From positions 1-64,000 of the forward strand of contig JAVZHQ010000001.1 in the NCBI GenBank assembly GCA_038998335.1: a DNA stretch of 64,000 bases. Reading direction: 5' to 3'. Under the pieces are notes generated by a model that was given only the letters and a program-made list of their open reading frames with translations, was not told the origin of the DNA and did no database searches. The translations under genes and the position numbers were made by a program. Positions 10,906 to 21,500 of the stretch are shown in pieces. How positions within the stretch are numbered: position 1 is the stretch's first letter; every line of letters begins with the position of its first letter. The DNA is from Candidatus Aenigmatarchaeota archaeon (GTDB lineage Archaea > Aenigmatarchaeota > Aenigmatarchaeia > CG10238-14 > SCSR01).

Positions 10906-12897
10906 TCAAATTTCTTCAACTCTTTTCTTCACTTTCTCAAAAATCTCCTCAAGCTTTCTTTCTTTCTTTATTTTTCGCTTTCTCATTACCACAAAAATCA
11001 AGACAATCAAGATTATTAAAATTAAAGGAATTATCAAGAAGTTGAAAAGTCTTGAATAACCTATTAATGTCTTTACCTTATTATAAATCAAGCAAAAGTT
11101 TTGAAATTCTTTTTTCTCAACATATTCTTTCAAAGTATTAATGTTTAAGTTTATTTCTTGAGAAAAGAAAGGAAGGGAAGCATAAAAGCTTAGCCTGAAG
11201 GAGCTTATTTCTTCAACTTCATAACTAACAAAAGCCTCAGCTAAGCTTATTGCTTTTTCATAAAGCGAAATAGAATACTCTAAAATGCTTGCTGCCTTTT
11301 GATAGCTTTCATTTCCATATTCTTCCAAAGCTAGCTTTCTTAAGTATTCTGCATTCTCATAAACTTTAAAAGCATCACCTAAGTTTAAACAATTAAGGTA
11401 AGGAATTTGGTCAGCAATTTTCTTTATTCTTTCTAGTTCTTTTAGCAAAATATCTGCAGCACTCTTCCAATCTTTAGCAATTATAAGCATTATTATTTCC
11501 TCATTACTTTTTACTGAGTTTGAAGCCATAACGCTAAGATAAAAAATTTTATCCTCAACTTCTTTTGGAGCTGTAATCAAAACAAGAAAGTTGTAAGCTT
11601 CTTCCGGGGGGAGCGAAATATTTTCCGGGATAACTCTTATCCACTCCAAAGGAATCCCTTCTATCAAAATTTTAACAAGCTCTTTTTGCGTTCCTAGGTT
11701 TTTAACAGTAGCTATAAGGCCAGATTGATTTCCAGAAATTACAACGATTCTTTTCTCACTAACGTTTAACTCAAGCTTTTTTATCACTTCTGGAGGAGGT
11801 GGTAAAGTTGGACCTATACCTGGACCAGGGGGTCGAGGAAGACAAGAGATAACTCTAAAAATATCGCTAGTCAAAACCTGAATTTCCTTATACTCCAAAA
11901 TAGCTTGGAAAGTATAATAACCAAGAAGGTTAGAAGTGTTAAAACTTGGAAGTCTTACAAGACTTGAAATAACACTTAATGTTTCTTTCGATTCTCTTAC
12001 GACACTTCCGTTAGAATCTAAAATTTTGTAAGTTAGGTTTACTTGAACTTCTTCTTCAGGAAAAATTTTCGTTATGTTTACTCTTCCATAAACCTCATCT
12101 CCTTGGCAAACTTCCTTTTTTTCTTGTGGAACTTCAAGTTTTAGCTCAAAAATAGCGCTTGCGTTAACATTAAGAGTTACCTTAATAGTCTTTACTTGAT
12201 TCTCCGCAGTAACATAAACATAACCAACATAACTTCCGTTCGCATCTTTTGGTATAATAACGCTTAAAGTAAAATTTTCTGGTCTACCTGTAGGCGGTAA
12301 AAAAATGTTTGTTCTAGAAATGTTAAACCAATCCCCCGGGAAGCCAGAAGATTTGTTTATCGTAATATTAGCTCCAAAACAAGGATATAAAAGCCAAATA
12401 TAGATTGTTTCGTTAAAGCTATTTCCTGGTTTAAGAGTTTTTTCTATCTCTAAAGGAGAAACCACTAAGGTTCCTATTCCTTTTTTTATTCTAAAACTTG
12501 TTTCTGCATACTTAAACTCATTGCTATAGCTAAAGTTACTTTTTACAGTATAGATTCCAGGCGAGTCTGAAGCACTTACTGAATAGTTTGTTATAAAATA
12601 TCTAATTTCTGCTCCTCCTATCGAGGCTTGCCATGTTTGACTTTTAATTTCCTGTCCCTCAGGATTAAGAATTTTTGTTGTCAAATTTCCAAAAGCATTA
12701 AGGTTTCCTCTGTTTTCTATTATGTTCGTTATGTTAACAAGTTCAGGTTCGCAATAAGAATCTTTATCAGTGTAAAGTGAAAGAAAAACGTTTTCCTTTG
12801 AAGCTAGAGTAGTATTCATAAAAGTTTCTACGCTAAAGCAACTTTTAACCAAAAACAATAAAAATAAAAGAACAGACAAATACTTCTCAAAACCCAT
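10906..12897 (-). CDS. Membrane-anchored surface protein with several Ig-like (CARDB/NEW3-like) domains, Pro-rich linker, helical region, C-terminal TM
   Basis: N-terminal signal peptide; PRPPGPGIGPTLPPPP linker; hydrophobic LFNFLIIPLILIILIVLIFVVM followed by basic tail. Confidence 0.8.
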   Translation of the reverse strand: MGFEKYLSVLLFLLFLVKSCFSVETFMNTTLASKENVFLSLYTDKDSYCEPELVNITNIIENRGNLNAFGNLTTKILNPEGQEIKSQTWQASIGGAEIRYFITNYSVSASDSPGIYTVKSNFSYSNEFKYAETSFRIKKGIGTLVVSPLEIEKTLKPGNSFNETIYIWLLYPCFGANITINKSSGFPGDWFNISRTNIFLPPTGRPENFTLSVIIPKDANGSYVGYVYVTAENQVKTIKVTLNVNASAIFELKLEVPQEKKEVCQGDEVYGRVNITKIFPEEEVQVNLTYKILDSNGSVVRESKETLSVISSLVRLPSFNTSNLLGYYTFQAILEYKEIQVLTSDIFRVISCLPRPPGPGIGPTLPPPPEVIKKLELNVSEKRIVVISGNQSGLIATVKNLGTQKELVKILIEGIPLEWIRVIPENISLPPEEAYNFLVLITAPKEVEDKIFYLSVMASNSVKSNEEIIMLIIAKDWKSAADILLKELERIKKIADQIPYLNCLNLGDAFKVYENAEYLRKLALEEYGNESYQKAASILEYSISLYEKAISLAEAFVSYEVEEISSFRLSFYASLPFFSQEINLNINTLKEYVEKKEFQNFCLIYNKVKTLIGYSRLFNFLIIPLILIILIVLIFVVMRKRKIKKERKLEEIFEKVKKRVEEI

Positions 12898-12942
12898 AAT
12901 TTAAATTTAAAGTTTCAATAAAATAAAGTATTAAGTGGAAAA

Positions 12943-13530
12943 ATGAAGAGATGGCTCTTGGCTTTAATAGTTTTAATTTTTTTCCTTGGATTAAAGGAAA
13001 CAAAAACTGAGACTTATCCTATAAACTTAACTGTCAGAGGCTATTACTATATAATTATAAGCGATAAACTTGCTGATGGAATTTGGTTTACAAACTTAAC
13101 AGGAGCAAGAGAAAATGTTATGTATCCCCTAGTTGCGGGAACTTTTTTCAATAACGCAACCTTTAACTACAACAAAACAAACCAAAAAACAGAGTATTGG
13201 ATTTATGTCTCCTCTCTGGAAACTGAAGTATGTCATGGAGCAAAATATAACTTATGCTCAAACCTAACTTGTTTGGGCTATAATAATTTTGAAATTTTGA
13301 TTGGTAATGTAAGCTGGAGCGCTTCTCATTATAATGACGTAGAGAACCCTTCAATTTTCGATTCAACAAGAATGGTTTTAGGTTACGATAACCAGAAAAA
13401 AACAAAACCAAACTCTGAAGGTTACATTTACTTAAGATATTGGCTTGATGTTCCTCCGGGTTTTCCTGCTTACAATTACAGCACAATCTATCAAATTCAG
13501 CTTGTCCCCCAAGGTGGAATTTGTGTTTAA
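12943..13530 (+). CDS. Secreted single-domain protein, paralogue of the giant protein's C-terminal domain (candidate fibre subunit)
   Basis: Signal peptide; shares GIxFTN, NNATxNYN, KTEYWI, IGNVSWS, YLRYW and PP motifs with 10170-10658. Confidence 0.8.
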   Translation: MKRWLLALIVLIFFLGLKETKTETYPINLTVRGYYYIIISDKLADGIWFTNLTGARENVMYPLVAGTFFNNATFNYNKTNQKTEYWIYVSSLETEVCHGAKYNLCSNLTCLGYNNFEILIGNVSWSASHYNDVENPSIFDSTRMVLGYDNQKKTKPNSEGYIYLRYWLDVPPGFPAYNYSTIYQIQLVPQGGICV

Positions 13531-14098
13531 AAAAATTTTAGTTTTAATAGTATCGGTATTTTTTTTAAAAGAAGCTTTAGCCACAAGAGGAGTAGGATTA
13601 GCTCCTCTTGAAAATAGCGTTACATTAAGCCCAGGAGAAGAGTTTATTGCTTACTTGCTTTTGTTCAATCCTAGCGATAGAGATACAAACGTGAGTTTAA
13701 AGGTTTATTGTTTGGATTGTTTTCGTGATTTTGAATTTTTTGGATTAAAGGGGAAGGTTAACTTAACTCAAAATTTTGTTGTCCTGCCAAGCGAAATAGA
13801 ATTAGAAAAAAATACTTCGGTTGAAGAAGGAAAGTTTGTTGAATTAAGAGTGAAAGTTCCTTACTTTTTTGAAGAGCAGTTAGTTTTAAACAATAAAACA
13901 ATTCCTTGGCTTGGCTTAGCTTCAAGCTTAGAAGAACTTAACTTTAATATAGTAGCTTCTACTGGTGAGATGATGCAAGTTTCGCTCGTTAGTAGGTTAA
14001 ACGTTAAGGTAAAAAGTAAGGGCTTTGCATGGTTTTTAATCATTCCTGTAATTTTTCTGTTAACTTTGTTTTTAATTAAAAGATTAAGAAGAAGGTAA
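13523..14098 (+). CDS. Exported membrane-anchored protein with CxxC, paralogue of 14084-14782
   Basis: Likely GTG start at 13523 after aaggtgga (track ORF starts at 13445); signal peptide, GVGLAP...LLFNPSD...CLDC, C-terminal TM and basic tail. Confidence 0.75.
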   Translation: MFKKILVLIVSVFFLKEALATRGVGLAPLENSVTLSPGEEFIAYLLLFNPSDRDTNVSLKVYCLDCFRDFEFFGLKGKVNLTQNFVVLPSEIELEKNTSVEEGKFVELRVKVPYFFEEQLVLNNKTIPWLGLASSLEELNFNIVASTGEMMQVSLVSRLNVKVKSKGFAWFLIIPVIFLLTLFLIKRLRRR

Positions 14099-14782
14099 TT
14101 TTTTCCTAAAAATTCTCTTGTAAATTCCTGTTTTCCATATAATTCCCAAAATTATTATCAAGATGGCTATTATTATCAAGATTAAACTACCTGTGGGCAT
14201 ACCTTTTATTTTCAAATCAAGCCAGGAGCCAACTGCTGGAGCAGCCCCTAAAGCACCAAAGCTTGACCAAACAGCAGTTGCTGTTATTCCACCTTTTATT
14301 TCCTTCTCGTCTAGAAGAAGAGTGTAAAATGGAATCGAAAACTCACCATTATAGCTTGGGTTCACCATTCTAACTAAAAAATTTATTTCTTCTGGAGTAG
14401 AGATTACAAATTCTTTTTTAACCCAAAGACTAGGGTGAACTTTAAGGTAAGAATATACAGGAGCTTCCGGGGCAGTGTGAGTAGGAACATAAACTTCTTC
14501 TGGTTCAAAATGGAAAAATTGGGAATAGTCTGTCCTTACTTTACCCAAATACCAACCAAAGAAGTAAATCTTTTCATCACAACTTTCACACTCAAAAGTT
14601 AATCTTGCTTTTATATCATAATCTCCTGGATTATACAAAATTAGACCAATGGAATAAGGATTTTGAATGGTTGCTGCGAGTTCAAGTCTTGGAGGGCCCA
14701 TTCCTATTCCTACACCCGCTAAAACTTTTGAAATAGGGAAAAAGATAAAAAAGGATAATAGGCATAAAATTAATTTTTTCAT
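14084..14782 (-). CDS. Exported membrane-anchored protein with CxxC, paralogue of 13523-14098
   Basis: Signal peptide, GVGIGMGPP...ILYNPGD...CESC, C-terminal TM LILIIIAILIIILGIIW and basic tail. Confidence 0.8.
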   Translation of the reverse strand: MKKLILCLLSFFIFFPISKVLAGVGIGMGPPRLELAATIQNPYSIGLILYNPGDYDIKARLTFECESCDEKIYFFGWYLGKVRTDYSQFFHFEPEEVYVPTHTAPEAPVYSYLKVHPSLWVKKEFVISTPEEINFLVRMVNPSYNGEFSIPFYTLLLDEKEIKGGITATAVWSSFGALGAAPAVGSWLDLKIKGMPTGSLILIIIAILIIILGIIWKTGIYKRIFRKKLPSS

Positions 14783-14833
14783 AGTTCTCTTATAATTCTC
14801 TACATTTCAAGTTATTTAAAAATTTCGTTATTA

Positions 14834-15508
14834 CTAGCAAGAGCAAGAACCACAACTTTGACTAACTTCTACTGCCTTGAAAAGATAGGTTGTGTTATAT
14901 TTACCACTAGGAACATTGTCTGGGTTAGGATCTATCCAGTATCTTAAATAGATTGTTGAACCCGCTGACAAGTTCACGGTTATATGCTGGAATGTATCAG
15001 GTGCAGTAAAGTTTAGAAGAGGTGGGAATTGAGGAAGAGTAGCATTGTTAAAGGTAGAGTTTGACCAACCAACTCCTGTTATGTTTAAGATAGATGTACC
15101 GCATTCTGTCGCGTTAGAGCATTTTAAATGATCGCATGCGCAATGACATATTGTTATGTTTACTTTATTATCTGAAGAGGCAGTTATGTAATAAAGTGTT
15201 GTGTTATAGTAAGGAGGAGTTCCATTATAATTTCTTGTTGCGTTATTCCATGTCGTCATTATAGTTATATCTACCTGGCTTCCTATGGTAGTAGTGTTAG
15301 TAAAAAGTATTCCTTCTGCTAGATATGTTGAGAGGTCTATACCGATAACTTGTTTGATACTAGCGTTCATTTCCTTGGTTATTTCTACCTGGCCAAAAAT
15401 GTTTGGCACGCTTGTTAATATTAAAATTGCTGCAAGTAGAAAAAGGAAAGTTAGAATTATCGAGCTCCCTTTGCTTATTTTGTTATAATTTTTGCTAATC
15501 ATTTCCAT
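14834..15508 (-). CDS. Secreted Cys-rich single-domain protein, paralogue of the giant protein's C-terminal domain (candidate major fibre subunit)
   Basis: Probable ATG at 15508; hydrophobic signal; WNNATRNYN, WSNSTFNNAT, IYLRYW, VPSGKYNTTYLFKAVE compared with VPSGKYNTSIIFKAVE in the giant protein. Confidence 0.8.
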   Translation of the reverse strand: MEMISKNYNKISKGSSIILTFLFLLAAILILTSVPNIFGQVEITKEMNASIKQVIGIDLSTYLAEGILFTNTTTIGSQVDITIMTTWNNATRNYNGTPPYYNTTLYYITASSDNKVNITICHCACDHLKCSNATECGTSILNITGVGWSNSTFNNATLPQFPPLLNFTAPDTFQHITVNLSAGSTIYLRYWIDPNPDNVPSGKYNTTYLFKAVEVSQSCGSCSC

Positions 15509-15594
15509 AAAATAAATTTTGATTTGCTTTATATATAAGCTTTTTTTTGGCAAAGTTAATTTTATTCAAAAACAAAATTTATAAATAGGAAAAC

Positions 15595-18500
15595 ATGCAA
15601 GAAAAAGTCAAAATTTTCCTTTTATTCTTCTTTTCCTCAATTTTTCTACTCATTTTCCTAAAACTTTCCATCTCTTCTTTTTTTCAACAAACCTTTACTC
15701 TTGATTTAGAGCTTAAAATTTTTAACTTTTCCTTAAATTCTTTGAACAATTCAAAGCTATCTGAAGATTTAATTTTTTCTGGAAGTGAAAATCAAACTGT
15801 ATGGATAAGGTTGCCAAAAAATTCAACAGTTTTCTACTCGAACATAAGCTTGGAAGGAATAATGAAACCTTTGTTAACCACAACTGGTTTAAACATTTAT
15901 AAGCTAGAAGTAGGCAATGTTATCCCAACAAACGATTTTGATGAAATCGCAATAGTCGGCCCTAGTTATATCAAACTTTTAAATAATCATGGAAATGAAA
16001 TTTGGAGTTTTAACGTAACTGGTACTGCTGTTTCGTTAGGAAACCTTAGTAGTGATGAAGGAAACGAAATAGTAGTCGGCACAAGCAATGGTTATATTTA
16101 TTTGTTCAATTCCTCAGGTTCTTTAAAGTTTCAAAAATCTATAGGTTTTAAAATAAACGACATAGAAGTAGGCAATGTTATCCCAACAAACGATTTTGAT
16201 GAAATCGCAATAGCAACAGGTAATGGAACTTATGTTTTAACTTCTGTAGGAAATCAGTTATGGATGTATTCTGGTTCTTTTGAAGGAATTGGTATAGGAA
16301 ACCTTAGTAGTGATGAAGGAAACGAAATAGTAGTCGGCACAAGCAATGGTTATATTTATTTGTTCAATTCCTCAGGTTCTTTAAAGTTTCAAAAATCTAT
16401 AGATGTGGAAATAAACGACATAGAAGTAGGCAATGTTATCCCGACAAACGATTTTGATGAAATCGCAATAGCAACAATTAATGGAACTATATTTTTGCTG
16501 GATTTTAACGGAAATATTTTATGGTCTTTTGATACTTTTGGTAGTTCTGTTACAACTATTAGAGTGGCAGAAGTTACATCTGAGTATCCAGGCAATGAAG
16601 TTATAGCAGGAAGTGAAGATAACAAAGTTTATGTTATAAGCGCTTCAGGTCAATTGATATGGAGTTATTTAACTCAAAATATTGTTAAGGGGCTAGGAAT
16701 AGGAAATTTAAGTCAAGACCCAGGAGAAGAAGTAGTTGCAGGAACTATGCTCCCAGCAACTTACACTCTTTACATTTTAAACTTTGAATACTACCCAACA
16801 AACGTTAGTCTTGATATAGGAAACGATGGTGAAATAGAATGGTATTATTCAGGAAAGTTTAGAGGTAAAGCTTCGGTTTCTAATAATTCTGCCTTTCAAA
16901 AGTATCTATCAAACTGCGAGCCAGATTCGACAGGAAATTGTGACATTCCTTTAGTTTTTCACTCAGATTTTGCAGGTGATTTGAACATAACTTCAGTTTA
17001 CTTAGAGTTCGAATACAATTTATCTGGAATTATTTTCTCTTCTACTATAAACGCTTGGTCAAGAGTTGTTAACATAAGAGCTAACGAAAGTGTGGGAAAC
17101 CAAACGATAAACATAAGCTTTACAAGAAACCCTGCTTTGGATTTAAGAATAAACTATATAAAAGTTAACGATTCAGCAACAAGATGCGATTTTAACAATA
17201 TTACTTACAATGTTACAACTATTGGAGGAAAAAAATATTGCAACATTTCTTCCCTTAACTTTTTGATTCCTTCCTCTGGCTCTTTACCTTCTGCTATTCT
17301 TTGGGATGATAGCATGAACGTAGGAGTGCCAATAATAATTAACGAGTCAGAAGGCAGAGTAATAGAAGCATTTTGGAAGAAGAATATAACTATATGGAAC
17401 ACAACCCCTCAAATCTTTTACAACATAACAGCGAACACAAGCATAGACGAAAGTGTTGTTATTTCTCAACCAAAGCTTAAAGTTTTTTGGAATAACAATT
17501 GGTACGATATTACTCCTTCTCAGTCAAGTAATAACTGCAATTCAACTAACCCAACTTACCAAAAAATAACAATAGGAAGCGATGAATTTTTTGTTTGCAA
17601 ACAAGACACAAACTTTAACGGAATAGAAGATCTTTTTGTTTGGAAGCAGCCTCACTCTTCCATAACTTTATACGAGGTTAGCGGCTCAGGTAATAGGCCC
17701 CCAATTCTTTCAAACATTACAGTTTTACCAAGCAAAGCTATTTGGGGAAGTGAGTTTAACATAAGCTTAAACGTTAGCGATGTAGAAAACGATAATGTTA
17801 CTTTACAACTATGGGTAAACATAAAAAGCTTGAATGTTTCTCAGCTTATAGAGGAGAAAAACTTTACAGGAAATCAGTCTATTACCTTTACTTTTTCCAC
17901 TAACAAAAGCTGGGTTGGAATAAACGAATTCTGGTTTAACTACACAGATTTCAACAGCTCTTCTGGAATACAACTTCACGACTGGATTATTTCTTCTTTT
18001 TATCCTGGACCAAACGTAACCAAGAGAAACGCTTCTGTAATTTACATAGAAGGAAATGATTCAAGGGTTAATAGAAGTGAAGCAACTTTGCTTTCTGTTC
18101 AGCTAATAGACAATTTTGATTCCTCACCAATTCCTAACGCAAACTGTAGCTTTTGGGTCTGGCTGAATCAAACTCACAACTCAAGTTACTTTACTAAAAG
18201 CGATGAAAATGGTTTTTGCAACTACAGCTTTACTCCAAATTCTTCCTATCAGCCAGGACAAAGAGAATGGAAGGCAGGAGTTTATTCTGATTCCTATTAT
18301 GAAACAAACATTTCTTCAGGGTTTTTCGTGAAAATTTACGGCAAGCTTAACATTAGGTTGAATTCACTTTCAAACTTTACTCGAGGTATTTCTCTACTTA
18401 ACGCTTCGCTTTTTGATGAATTTAATCAACCTGTTAAGCTTTCAGGTTATACTTGTGAATGGTTTATAAATGATACTCTTGAAAACACAACTCAAACAGA

Positions 18501-21500
18501 CTCTTACGGCTTTTGCTTCCATCCTTGGAAAACAGATTGCTCTAACGAACTAGGTTATTATAACATTAACGTTACGCTTTCAGGAAATGTTAACGAATTC
18601 TATTATCTTAACCAAACAAGCCAAGAAATTCTAAGAGCTTTAAAGGACAATTTAAATATAACAATAATTTCACCTTTGCCTAACTCAATTTATCATGTTG
18701 GTGAAACAATTCTTTTGAACTCGACTATAAACGATTCTTGTGGTCTAGCTACTTATAACTATAGCGTGATTTGGTTTGGGGATGGTAAAACAGATCCAGG
18801 TTTAAGCACTTGCAGTATGAGCGTTGAAGGAGAAAATTCATCTTATAACGTGGCAAGCAACTGCATGCCAGGCATATTTTTAATAAAAGCAAACGCCTCT
18901 GGTGAACTTTACAACTCAGACCAAAAAAACGTTAGCGTATGGATTTATGGTTGGAGTCAGGTTAACTTTACCTTTCCTTTAAATGAAAGTAAGGTAAACA
19001 AGGCAGAAAGAGAAATGCTAGACTTAGTTTGTCAAGTAAAAGACCCAAGTTCACCTGTTCAAGAGCTTGAGAATTATCCTGTTTACTTCTGGGACTTAAC
19101 GTCAGGAGAAGAGTTTTTAGCTCAAGTTAAAACAAACCTCACTGGCTATGCAAAATATTCTTGGAACATAACTAACATAAGCGATTTAGCTCAAGTTAAA
19201 TGTAACATAAGTAATACAAACATAACCTTTTATAGGTATTATAATGCTTCTGTAAAAGAAAGTTACATAACTTTCAGTATAATAGAAAACGATACAAAAG
19301 CTCCAACAATAGAAAATTTAAAAGCAGAACCTGCAATTCTTGGTGAAAGCGTTAAAATAGAAGCTAATGTTTCAGATAAGTATGGGGTAGATAAAGTTTG
19401 GGTAAATGTTAGCTTTCCAAATTCTTCTTTTGCAATTTATTATTTGCAAAACAAAACTTCTCAAATTACCAACACAACTTGGGAAGTTACAATTCCAGGA
19501 TTAAACTTAGGAGATTACGATTTTGTACTTTTTGCTAACGATACTTCTAATAATATCGCTAACGCAACAAGCTGGTTTGAGGTTTATCAACCAATTCAAA
19601 TGTATTTGAACGCAAGCTTTCCGATAGACTTTACTTTCTTTAGGCCAGGAAAAGAAATAATAATCCATAGGTTTTCTTATCCTCCAGGAAATTACAATTT
19701 TACTCTGCATAAAAGAACTTATGACTGGTCGATAAAAATTGGTGAAAACTGGATAAAAATCTTCAATTTCAACACAACAAGAACTTCTGAGCTTCAGTTT
19801 AATAGCAGCGATGCAAACCTAACAAACCCGATAAACATTTCCTTGATTAGCGTAAGCCTAATCGACTTACCAAAGCCTGAGAAGTATAAGATATCTGCTT
19901 TCGAAATAAAAACAAACGCTTCCTACTCAAACTTGCTAATAACTTTCAACTATTCAAAAGATTTGAACGAAGGAAGAATTTGGTTTGAGCCAGGAATCAA
20001 AATTTTCAAGTGTGCTAATTGGAGCTACCCAAATTGCTATTCAGGTTGGGTTGAAGTAAGTAGCAATTTAGACCTAACAAATCATCTAATCTCTACACTT
20101 CAAACTTCACCCTCAGTTTATACTGCTGCAGAAATTGAGGTATGTGGAAACGGAAAATGTGGATACGGAGAATCTTGTGTTAATTGCCCAGAAGACTGTG
20201 GTTCTTGTGGTCCAACCTATACTCCTCCTGCAGGAGGAGGTGGAGGAGCTGGTGCTCCTTCATTGCCACCTGAAACTACTCCAACAGAAGAAATTAAGTT
20301 TAGCATAAGGACAAACCTATCTGAAGCTCAAATAAACATAAACGAAACAAAGTATTTTGCTCTGTGGATTTTGAACGAAATGAGCTCAAGACAAAACTTT
20401 ACGGTTTCGATTTCTGGTTCTATCACTGATTTGGTTAAAATAGAAAGAGATTTCATCTCAGTTAACCCAAAAACTGAAGGTATGTTACTAATAGAAGCTT
20501 ACGCTCCTCCAAGAACCGAGTTAGGGACTTATACAGGCACAATATACGTGACAACAGCAAGAAAAACTCAAAACTTACCAGTAACTTTAACTGTTTCTCT
20601 TAAAGGTTTGATTGAATTAGACATAATGGCAGAAGCTTTAACAAAACAAGTTAATCCTGATAGGGTAGCAAGGTTTAGGATTGTTTTGTATAATTTAGGA
20701 GTAAAGAAAAACTTTGACGCAAACTTTACTTTTATCGTTCAAAATCCTGAAACAAAAGAAATAATCTTTTCAACTAGCAAGATTAAATCTCTTCAATCAT
20801 CTTATGAATCCTTCATCGAGGAAATTTATATTCCTCAAAACATTTCCTTAGGCCAATACCTTTTTGTTGTAGAAGCTGAGTATGACGGGAAAAAGAAAAG
20901 TTCTTCTGATTTGTTTGAAGTAGTTCAACCTTTCTGGACGCCTGCAAGAATTCAACTAGCAACAATTCTTTTAGTTGCTTTATTCTCGGTATTTTCATTC
21001 TTCTACGCAAGAAGCTACTATAAAAAATGGAGGTTAAAAACAGCACGTTACATAGCTCCTGTTAAGCCAGGAAAATTGCCAAGAGGTGAGCTTTGGCTAG
21101 GAAAAGTTGCTGAGATCAGGGCAAAGGCAACTTTTGCTATGGATGATTTAACAACTCACGTTTTGGTTGCAGGAGCTACAGGTTCTGGAAAATCTGTTAC
21201 TGCAAGCTTATTTGTCGAAGAACTACTTGAGAAAAAGATCCCTGTAGTAGTTTTTGACCCTACAGCTCAGTGGACTGGATTTGTTAGACCATGCAAAGAC
21301 CCAAAAATCTTAAAGTATTACAGAGCTTTTGGTCTTTCTCCTGAGGAAGCAAAACCATTCAAAGGACTAATATTTGAAGTTACAACCCCAAAAGTTGAAA
21401 TAGATTTCAAAAAGCTAATGAACCCAGGAGAAATTACAATATTCACTTTAGACAAACTTAAACCTGGACAATATGATGAAGCAGTAACTCACATAATAGA

